A stretch of 64,000 nt of DNA from Gemmiger sp. (GTDB lineage Bacteria > Bacillota > Clostridia > Oscillospirales > Ruminococcaceae), in assembly GCA_028710135.1 (NCBI GenBank), contig JAQUSS010000001.1, positions 14,751 through 78,750 of the forward strand. Direction: 5' to 3'. Positions 56,479 to 64,000 of this stretch are shown piece by piece. The notes beneath the pieces are model-generated. The model worked only from the letters and a program-made list of their open reading frames with translations. It had not been told where the DNA came from and did not search any database. The translations under genes were made by a program, and so were the position numbers. Position 1 is the first letter of the stretch; the number at the start of each line of letters is the position of its first letter.

Positions 56479-58284
56479 TTACAGCGCAAATACCTTGCCG
56501 GGGGTGATGCCGCTCTCGTTGAAGCTGTCCACGCAGATAAAATACCCCTGCCCCTTGATGAGGGTGGAGAGCGTCACTTCCTCTGCGCCGTAGACCAGCC
56601 AGCTGTGGTAAAGCTTATCGGGCGCGCTGCCGTAGCGCACGTTGCAGCCCTGCGCGTTTTCGATGTGCGCCCACTGCACCTTGGCATCCAAATCACCAAG
56701 GCGGGCGGCGGTGGCCTGCGCCTGTGCGGGCTTTGCGCCGTTTCCGTTGCCAAAAACGCGTAGCCCGCTGATGCGCAGCGGCTGGCCGTAGGGCAGCGCA
56801 CCGCCCACCACGCGGATATACCGCGCCGCCACGCCCTGCGGGTACTCGTAGTAGCCGTTTGCGCATTCCCGCGCAACGGTTTCCAGCGTCTGCCAGCTTT
56901 CGCCGTCGGCACTGGTTTGCAAAAGGTAATGGCTGATTTGCGGCTCGGTTTCAATATGGCGGGTGTGGCGGCTGTCGCCGTAGCTTTCGGGCGGGAAGCC
57001 CACCGCAAGCCCTTCATCGGCCAAGTTGACCTGTACGGCGCGCACATCGGATATTTTGCCAAGGTCAACGCAAAGCCACTGGCCCTCGGCGGCGGTATCG
57101 GCACTCCACCATGTGCGGATATTTTCATCCACAGCGTTTGCGGTGCTGCTGCCCGCGGCGGTGGAGGATGCCGTGGCCAGCTTTTGGTAGCTCAACAGCA
57201 TCCATGTGGGCTGCAAGGCGGCGGCATCGAACTTGCCGGCGGGTATCGTATGCGGGTAATCGCCAAAATTTTGGTTGCAGTATAGAACGCCATCGGCATC
57301 AAAGCCCGCCGGCCAAAGGCCGACACGGCGCTCAAAATCGTGGTTGATGCTGATGCGCAGGGTGGCGGCGTGCCAGTAGTTGCCGTATGCATCGGCAATG
57401 GTGCTGCCGTGCCCCGCCGCCGTGGCAAAGCCGCCGGGCTGGGCGGAGAAGGGGTTGCTTTTTTGCAGCGTGAAGGGGCCGAGCGGTGCTTCGCCCACAT
57501 AAACGCCATCGGCATAGGTGTTGTACTGGGTGCCGGGGCAGGCGTATTGCAGGTAATATTTGCCGCCGTGCTTTGTCATGAACGCGCCCTCCATATAGGG
57601 CTTGCCGGTGGAGAGGAAGATTTTCGTCATGGCCTCGGCGGTGTAGTTGCCCATCTTTTCCGCCCCGCCGGGGAACTCAATCTTCTGGGTGGCGGGGTTG
57701 AACATCTGCTTCAAATGCTGGTAGACAACGCTTTTTTCCCGATCCACCACGCCGTTGTCGCCGGGGCGCTCATAGCCCAGCTCCCCCTCGTGGCCAAAGA
57801 TTAGCGGCTGCTTTTCCCCGATGGGCTGCATGGTTTCGGCGTCCAGCGCAACGCCGTAGATGGGGTCGGTGTTGGTGCAGCCCCAATAGAAATAGCAGCG
57901 CCCGTCATCGTCACAGAAAAGGTCAGGGTCCCAAAAGGCGAACGGTGCGGCGACCACGGTGAATGGCTCGGTCAACGGGTTGGCCGTGCGCAAAATGGGG
58001 CAGTTTTCCGCGCGGCGGGATGCGCAAAAGTAGAGATAATCGCCTACGGCGCGCACATCGGGCGCATAATCGTAGATGAGCAGGCCGGGGTCGGCGTGGA
58101 ATTCCCAGTTCAGCAGGTCAGCACTGTGCCAAAAGCCCGCCGACATGGAAACGAACAGATAATACCGCCCCTTGAAGTAGACAAGCGTCGGGTCTGCGCC
58201 CTCGCGGAAGCCTGCGGCCCGTTCCCCTTCCTTGATGTGCTGGTAACGGTAGGCCAAATCCAGCGGATTGCAATAGCTTTTCAT
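56479..58284 (-). CDS. GH43 glycosidase with F5/8 type C (CBM32-like) and Fn3-like domains
   Basis: READP-like GADPTL, YAPD, WDPDLF, MEGAFM, GHGS; C-terminal AVDENIRTWW...WLCVDLG. Confidence 0.88.
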   Translation of the reverse strand: MKSYCNPLDLAYRYQHIKEGERAAGFREGADPTLVYFKGRYYLFVSMSAGFWHSADLLNWEFHADPGLLIYDYAPDVRAVGDYLYFCASRRAENCPILRTANPLTEPFTVVAAPFAFWDPDLFCDDDGRCYFYWGCTNTDPIYGVALDAETMQPIGEKQPLIFGHEGELGYERPGDNGVVDREKSVVYQHLKQMFNPATQKIEFPGGAEKMGNYTAEAMTKIFLSTGKPYMEGAFMTKHGGKYYLQYACPGTQYNTYADGVYVGEAPLGPFTLQKSNPFSAQPGGFATAAGHGSTIADAYGNYWHAATLRISINHDFERRVGLWPAGFDADGVLYCNQNFGDYPHTIPAGKFDAAALQPTWMLLSYQKLATASSTAAGSSTANAVDENIRTWWSADTAAEGQWLCVDLGKISDVRAVQVNLADEGLAVGFPPESYGDSRHTRHIETEPQISHYLLQTSADGESWQTLETVARECANGYYEYPQGVAARYIRVVGGALPYGQPLRISGLRVFGNGNGAKPAQAQATAARLGDLDAKVQWAHIENAQGCNVRYGSAPDKLYHSWLVYGAEEVTLSTLIKGQGYFICVDSFNESGITPGKVFAL

Positions 58285-58297
58285 GCGGGTTCCCTCC

Positions 58298-60490
58298 TTA
58301 CATCGTCTTTTGGATGCCCTGCAATACGCGGTTGAGCTGCTTGATGCTCTGCTCGTCCGCGCCGCTCTGCTTGAGCATACTCAGCAGCGTCATCCGCCCC
58401 ATCATCCGCTGCAAGGCGGGGTTATCCTTAACGGCATCGGCCACATCGCCGCGGGCGGCTGCGCCCTGCGCCATCATGGCGTTGATGATTGCCCCGGCCT
58501 CGGGGTTTTGGCGTATCTCGCCCAGCGTATCGCGGACAGAATAGCAGCTTTCGTCCAATTCGCCGTCAAACCAGTTGGCAACGGGTGCGCGCTTGATGAA
58601 AACATAATCGGGGTTTGCTTCGGCGGCCTTGCGCACCAGGATTACGCTGCTGCATTCACCGGCCTTGGCCTCGATGGTGTGCTGGCCGCTGATGGGCACG
58701 CGGAAGGCGAACACGGTTCTGCCGTGCCGGCTTGCCAGCAGCTTGCCATCGACATACAGGCTGACCTCCGGTTGGTTGGAGTAAACCTTGATTTCGGTCA
58801 CAGCCTCGGTACGGTCCACATAGCGGCTGCCGCAGATGTGTACAAACGGCTCGGTTTTGTTCCACGCCGCTTTATAAAGGTAGAAGGCATCCTTTTTGGT
58901 TTTGCGGTCAAAGCTGACAAGCCCCTTCTGGTTTTCGCCGTGCTTGCCGCCCTCATCACGGCCATCGGCTGCAAAATCGAACAGGTTCCAAACATGGGTC
59001 GCCCACAGCCACGGGCGGGCCTCAATCATTTTCAAAAGGTGCTCATGGTAGACGGCCTGATAGCTCTCGGTGTAATCGCCCTTTTCGGGCGTGGCGCTCT
59101 GGTACTGGGGGTTGGCATCCGCGCCGTACTCGGAAAAACCGATGGCGCGGTTGGGGTATTGGGCGTGGTATTCGTCAAAAAATTCGTCGTTCTGTTCCAG
59201 CTCGCCCAAGTACCAGCCGAAGTAGAGGTTGTAGCTGTTGACATCGGGGATTTCGAGAATCGGGCTATCGGTTTCCAGCATAAACACATCCGCCATTGTG
59301 GTGGGGCGGGTCTTATCCAGCTTGTGGCAAAGGTCGTTGAGCAGGCGGTGGTTTTCCAGCAGGTCCTCGTTGACGGTGGAGGCGGCGGTAATCTCGTTGG
59401 AAAGCCCCCAAACCACGATGCTGGGGTGGTTGTAGCACTGCACCACCAGCTCCTCCATCTGGCTGAGGGTATTGGCGCGGCCATTCTTCATGTGCATGGT
59501 GATGTAGGGAATCTCCGCCCAAACGATGATGCCGTTTTCATCGCAGAGATCGTAAAATTCCTGCGCGTGCTGGTAGTGGGCAAGGCGGAGCGTGTTCGCG
59601 CCAAGCTCCCGCACGATGGCCATATCCTCTTCGTGCATTGCCATCGTCAGCGCGTTGCCCGCGCCCTTGCGGTCCTGATGGCGGGAAACACCCCGCAGCG
59701 GGTAGGCGCGGCCATTGAGGAAGAAGCCCTGTGCGTTAATCTCGTAGCGGCGGCAGCCAAAGCGGGTGCTAATTTTATCGGCACCATCTGCCAGCGTGGC
59801 GGTGGCGGTGTAAAGGTAGGGGTCGCCCACACCGTCCCACAGGTGGACGTTCTCGATGGTAAAGACGGCCACGGCCTTGCCGCCCACCACGGGGGCGGTA
59901 AGGGTCTGCCCTGCGGTGGTGAAGCTCACCTCGGTGGCATCGCCCTGCACCCATGCCTCAGCCGTTACCTTGGCGCTGTGCGCGGCTAAATCGACCACCG
60001 GCGTCACCTTGATGCCGGGCGTACCGCAATACGCCAGCGCAAAATGCGCGGCGGGCACGGTAATCAGCCTAGCCCCGCGGTACAGCCCACCGTAGAAGGT
60101 GAAATCCGCCTTCTGCGGGTAAACGGTGTCGTTGTCGCTGTTATCAACCGAGATGGCAAGGCTGTTTTTCGGCTGCAAATGCTCGGTCAAATCCACACGG
60201 AAGGCAGCGTAGCCACCCTCGTGCCGCGCCAGCTTTTCGCCGTTCAAATAGACCTCGGCAATGCTTGCGGCGGCAGGGATTTCCAGGTAAACACGCGCAC
60301 CGGCTTCAAGCGCCGGCTTTTCCAACGTGCGGAGGTACCAGCATTTGCCGCGGTGGTAATCGTTGCCGCCGTCCTGCCCATCCACATTGTTCCAGGTGTG
60401 GGGCAGCGTGACGGACACGCCCGCCTCGGCGGTGGAAATCTCATTCCTGACAAAAAGCCAATCGGTGTTCAACGGTTGGATGATACGCAT
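58298..60490 (-). CDS. GH2 glycosidase (beta-galactosidase/glucuronidase-like)
   Basis: LPHTWN, HEGGY, YGGLYR, GVSRHQD, RLAHY, WGLSNE (acid/base), FSEYGA (nucleophile), NQKGL. Confidence 0.93.
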   Translation of the reverse strand: MRIIQPLNTDWLFVRNEISTAEAGVSVTLPHTWNNVDGQDGGNDYHRGKCWYLRTLEKPALEAGARVYLEIPAAASIAEVYLNGEKLARHEGGYAAFRVDLTEHLQPKNSLAISVDNSDNDTVYPQKADFTFYGGLYRGARLITVPAAHFALAYCGTPGIKVTPVVDLAAHSAKVTAEAWVQGDATEVSFTTAGQTLTAPVVGGKAVAVFTIENVHLWDGVGDPYLYTATATLADGADKISTRFGCRRYEINAQGFFLNGRAYPLRGVSRHQDRKGAGNALTMAMHEEDMAIVRELGANTLRLAHYQHAQEFYDLCDENGIIVWAEIPYITMHMKNGRANTLSQMEELVVQCYNHPSIVVWGLSNEITAASTVNEDLLENHRLLNDLCHKLDKTRPTTMADVFMLETDSPILEIPDVNSYNLYFGWYLGELEQNDEFFDEYHAQYPNRAIGFSEYGADANPQYQSATPEKGDYTESYQAVYHEHLLKMIEARPWLWATHVWNLFDFAADGRDEGGKHGENQKGLVSFDRKTKKDAFYLYKAAWNKTEPFVHICGSRYVDRTEAVTEIKVYSNQPEVSLYVDGKLLASRHGRTVFAFRVPISGQHTIEAKAGECSSVILVRKAAEANPDYVFIKRAPVANWFDGELDESCYSVRDTLGEIRQNPEAGAIINAMMAQGAAARGDVADAVKDNPALQRMMGRMTLLSMLKQSGADEQSIKQLNRVLQGIQKTM

Positions 60491-60608
60491 AATTCCTATC
60501 CTTTTCATGTATAAAAATTAAAGAAACTTCTGATAAATTCGTAATTTTTGTGCTTTCGTGCTATACTGTGGGAAAGAGCTTACCCAAAAGATAGCGGAGG
60601 CGCAAAGG

Positions 60609-61817
60609 ATGGATACCACACAAAATATCGAGCTTTTTAAAGAGCTGGTGCGCTGCGGCACCGAGCTCTCGCTTTGGTGCTACGATGACGCGGGGCAGCT
60701 GCTTTCCTCCAATAGCCCAGAGGAGGCGCTGTTTTCCACGGCTTTTTCTGCGTTTGGCGGCAAGGAGAAGATGCTGGCGCACGCACAGCAAAGCACCGCG
60801 CCGGTGCAGCTAGGTTCCGCGCTGGGCATTACCTGGGGGGCCGCGTTTGAGTGGGCAGATGGCCGGGTGAAGCATTGCTATGTGCTGGGGCCGGTGTTCT
60901 TCTCCGATGTTTCGATGAAGCAGATGGAGCATGGCTTTAACGCCTACAACGGGCTGGAGCTGAGCGTTGCGTGGAAAAAGCATTTTGTCGAAGCGATGGA
61001 TAAGATTCCCGTTTCGCACAATATTTTGTTTGCGCGGTATCTGCTTATGCTGCACTACTGCTTGACGGGGGAGCACCTGCGCGCCAGCGATTTGGTGCTT
61101 GGCTCCGCCGCGACCACCGCCGGGGGCAATAACGCCCACCGCGACCGCCACAAGGTTTGGATGGCGGAGCAAGCGCTGCTGCAAATGGTGCGCACCGGCG
61201 ACCTCAACTATAAGGATGTGCTGAACAACTCCATGCTCATCAGCAACGGTGTGCCGGTGCAGGGCCGCGACCCGTTGCGGCAGGGAAAAATTTCCGATAT
61301 TGTGTTCATCTCCATCACCTGCCGCGCCGCCATCGAGGGTGGGCTCTCGCCGGAGGAAGCCTACGCGCTGGGCGACACCTACATCCAAAGCGTGGAAAGT
61401 GCCACCAGCCTGGATGAGCTGCGCACCCTGCCAAGCACGATGTACGACGATTTCATCCGCCGGGTACACAAGTGCCGCACCAACCCCAGCCTTTCGCGCC
61501 CGGTGCAGCAATGCGTCGATTACATCGAAATGCACCTTGACGAGCGCATCCGCGCCGAGGATTTGGCCGCGCTTGTGGGCTACAGCGAGTATTATATCAC
61601 CCGCAAATTCCGCGAGGAAACGCACTATTTCATCAACGATTACATCAAGTTCGCCAAGATTGAGCGCGCCAAGGTGCTGCTTACGAGCACCGATATTTCT
61701 ACCCTGGAATTGGCGGAACGGCTCGGCTTTGCCACGCGCAGCTATTTCAGCCAGTGCTTTAAGCAGGTGGCGGGGGTTTCCCCGGCAGAATACCGGGCGA
61801 AGCTGAAAAAGAAGTAA
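60609..61817 (+). CDS. AraC family regulator with a large N-terminal sensor domain
   Basis: CRAAIEGG, C-terminal HTH LGFATRSYFSQCFK. Confidence 0.9.
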   Translation: MDTTQNIELFKELVRCGTELSLWCYDDAGQLLSSNSPEEALFSTAFSAFGGKEKMLAHAQQSTAPVQLGSALGITWGAAFEWADGRVKHCYVLGPVFFSDVSMKQMEHGFNAYNGLELSVAWKKHFVEAMDKIPVSHNILFARYLLMLHYCLTGEHLRASDLVLGSAATTAGGNNAHRDRHKVWMAEQALLQMVRTGDLNYKDVLNNSMLISNGVPVQGRDPLRQGKISDIVFISITCRAAIEGGLSPEEAYALGDTYIQSVESATSLDELRTLPSTMYDDFIRRVHKCRTNPSLSRPVQQCVDYIEMHLDERIRAEDLAALVGYSEYYITRKFREETHYFINDYIKFAKIERAKVLLTSTDISTLELAERLGFATRSYFSQCFKQVAGVSPAEYRAKLKKK

Positions 61818-61839
61818 GCTGCCGCCTGCCCTATTCTCC

Positions 61840-61873
61840 AAAAGGCGCTTACCGCAAGGGCAAGCGCCTTTTT
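61840..61873. terminator. Bidirectional intrinsic terminator
   Basis: AAAAGGCGCTT...AAGCGCCTTTTT. Confidence 0.75.
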
Positions 61874-61880
61874 AGAAGGT

Positions 61881-63365
61881 TTAGCCTTTCTCTGCCACAA
61901 GCGCGGCCTTCTTTTCGGCAATGCGCTTCTGCACGCTCACCATCTCGGCCTTATCCATCTTGCAGCGGCTCATGGCGATGAGGGTGCATACCCAGCCCAA
62001 CATCGGCAGGATGTATTTGATACCGATTGCCAGCCAGAACACCGCCGGGGTGGCAGGGTCGCCGGGCTGGGGCATCGTGGTGGTATAGCCGATGAGGGCG
62101 ACTGCGCCCGCGGCGATGGTGGCACCGAGCGAGGAAATCAGCTTATCAATAAGGCTGTAGGTGCCGGTGACAACGGCGGGCACATAGCGGCCACTGCGGT
62201 CCAACTCGACATCAATGACATCTGCCATGAAGGAGGTACTGGCGGTGGTGACGCACATCATGCAGCCATTGAGAACCAGGTTCAGCACGGTGTAGCCAAT
62301 CATCATCGGGCTCATCATTTTGGCGATATCGGCGGGGTTGATGACGATAAAAAAGAGAACCATCACGGCGGCAACCACAAGGCAAACCTTTGTCCAGGTG
62401 ACCATGGCTTCCTTGCTGCCATGCTTGCCTGCGTACTTGGCGCCAAAGATAGCAAAGAGGATGGAGGGCAGCATACCTATCATCGTCAGAATGGTGGAAA
62501 GCCCCATATTGCCGATGAGGATGCCGAACAGCAGCGTATTGATGATGGCCTGGCTGGCCGTCTGCTGTGCCAGCTTATCCGAGGCGTTGGCGACAATGTA
62601 GCATTGCAGCGCCTTGTTGCCCTTGATGACATCGACCATATCCTTGAATTTCAGCGGCTCCCGCTTTTTCGTCAGCCCGGCAAAGCTTTCCGGCTTATCG
62701 ATGGGGGTTACACCGAGGCAGACCAAAATTGTACCAAGAAAAGAGATTGCCAGAACCACCAGGCAGGCGGCGCTCAAAAATTCGAGGTTGTAGGTGCCGC
62801 CGAACTTGGGCAGCATTACAACGTTGAACACGATGCTCAAAACCATTGGCACGGCGTAGTTGAAGGCGGTTGTCCAAACGCCGACGGTGGGGCGCTGGCG
62901 CGGGTCGTTGGTGAGCAGGGCGGGGATGGTTTGCGCCGTCATGTTGGTGATGGTGTAACCGATGACGTAAATGACGTAGAAAAGGGTGAACAGCAAAATG
63001 CCGGCCGCACCGGCCACCTTGCCCGCACCGAATTTGAACATCAGCAGCAAGCCGATGGACTGCACGCCCCAACCGACAATAAGCAACGGCCGCAGCTTAC
63101 CGAACGGGGTGTTGACTTTGTCATAAACAAAGGCCAGCAGTGGGTCGGTAATGCCGTCAAAAATGCGGGTGCCCGTTAAAATGACCCCGACAACGGCGGT
63201 GGTGATGCCAAAGCCGATGCTGGCCGCGTAGCTTGCCATGCCGATGAGGGAGTACACGCTCATGCCCACCAGTGAGTTGCAGGCGTAGCACATAATCTGC
63301 CAAAGCTTGGCGCGGCGGTACTGTACACCGTCAATCTCGCTCTGGGTCGGTTTCTTGTTTGCCAT
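61881..63365 (-). CDS. MFS glycoside-pentoside-hexuronide (GPH) symporter
   Basis: RIFDGITDP, FGKLRP, LLTNDPRQR, MADVID; about 12 TMs; AGGAGG RBS. Confidence 0.9.
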   Translation of the reverse strand: MANKKPTQSEIDGVQYRRAKLWQIMCYACNSLVGMSVYSLIGMASYAASIGFGITTAVVGVILTGTRIFDGITDPLLAFVYDKVNTPFGKLRPLLIVGWGVQSIGLLLMFKFGAGKVAGAAGILLFTLFYVIYVIGYTITNMTAQTIPALLTNDPRQRPTVGVWTTAFNYAVPMVLSIVFNVVMLPKFGGTYNLEFLSAACLVVLAISFLGTILVCLGVTPIDKPESFAGLTKKREPLKFKDMVDVIKGNKALQCYIVANASDKLAQQTASQAIINTLLFGILIGNMGLSTILTMIGMLPSILFAIFGAKYAGKHGSKEAMVTWTKVCLVVAAVMVLFFIVINPADIAKMMSPMMIGYTVLNLVLNGCMMCVTTASTSFMADVIDVELDRSGRYVPAVVTGTYSLIDKLISSLGATIAAGAVALIGYTTTMPQPGDPATPAVFWLAIGIKYILPMLGWVCTLIAMSRCKMDKAEMVSVQKRIAEKKAALVAEKG

Positions 63366-63603
63366 AAAAATTCCTCCTGTTACGTTGTTCTGCTTGTCTG
63401 GCTTGATTATACAAGGGGTGCGCAGGTTTTCCTGTTCAATAATTCATCAATATGTACAATATTTTGCGTAATTTGTGGCGGTACTCTAATTATTGCTCAC
63501 TATCACTAATTTTTGAACAGCGTCATTCGTTCTCCTCCACTAAAATAGAGCCAGAACAAAACAACCACACACAACAAACCAATGGAAACAGGAGGTTTTT
63601 ATT

Positions 63604-64000
63604 ATGGAAAAATTTGCACCCGGCTTTATGGTCGGCGCGGCCACGGCAGCGCATCAGGTGGAGGGCAACAACATCCACAGTGATTACTGGGCGCAGGAGC
63701 GGTTGCCCCACACAAGCTTTACCGAGCCGAGCGGCCTTGCCTGCGACCATTATAACCGCTACGCCGAGGACATTGCAATGCTGGCAAACGCCGGGCTGAA
63801 CGCCTACCGCTTTTCCATCGAGTGGGCGCGCATCGAGCCGGAGGAAGGCCGTTTTGACGAGGCGGAGCTCACGCATTACCGCAGCGTGATCGAATGCTGC
63901 AAGCAGCACGGCGTGGAGCCAGTGGTGACGCTGCACCACTTCACCAGCCCCCAATGGCTGATTGCCAAGGGCGGCTGGGAGGCCGAAAGCACCATTGCCG
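63604..64000 (+). CDS. GH1 beta-glucosidase, N-terminal part (runs off the window end)
   Basis: Not in the ORF track. Manual translation: MEKFAPGFMVGAATAAHQVEG...ACDHYNRYAED...YRFSIEWARIEP...VTLHHF; AGGAGG RBS. Confidence 0.93.
   Translation, partial: MEKFAPGFMVGAATAAHQVEGNNIHSDYWAQERLPHTSFTEPSGLACDHYNRYAEDIAMLANAGLNAYRFSIEWARIEPEEGRFDEAELTHYRSVIECCKQHGVEPVVTLHHFTSPQWLIAKGGWEAESTIA

Overview
GC-rich chromosomal window from an anaerobic Bacillota bacterium; the gene content suggests a gut Oscillospiraceae/Ruminococcaceae member (inference). Bases 1-43 kb are mostly core genes: a partial GT4 glycosyltransferase, a large hybrid sensor kinase, a small TetR islet, gdhA, GH3, trxA, uppP, an aminotransferase/MYG1/GIY-YIG-GNAT cluster, a divergent type IV pilus cluster (pilC-M-N-O-B plus two pilin-like genes), class 3 FBPase, a two-component system, an LTA synthase, a BspA/DUF6273/DUF4214 surface protein, a sugar isomerase and a D-2-hydroxyacid dehydrogenase. 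Bases 43-64 kb hold two AraC-linked catabolic loci. One is uncharacterised (unclassified GH-like protein, transporter, stand-alone hydantoinase/oxoprolinase subunit, HExxH protein, FAD oxidoreductase, nanE, ROK). The other is a GH78/GH43/GH2/GH1/GPH glycoside locus. The main non-coding observations are (i) two copies of a 122-bp element with covarying fixed-length hairpins, each between divergent genes, (ii) a 1.15-kb BIME-like array of two covarying GTAG-type REP palindromes, and (iii) several smaller repeat families. No rRNA, tRNA, CRISPR-Cas, transposase or integrase was recognised. All family names come from motif recognition by eye, not from database searches.
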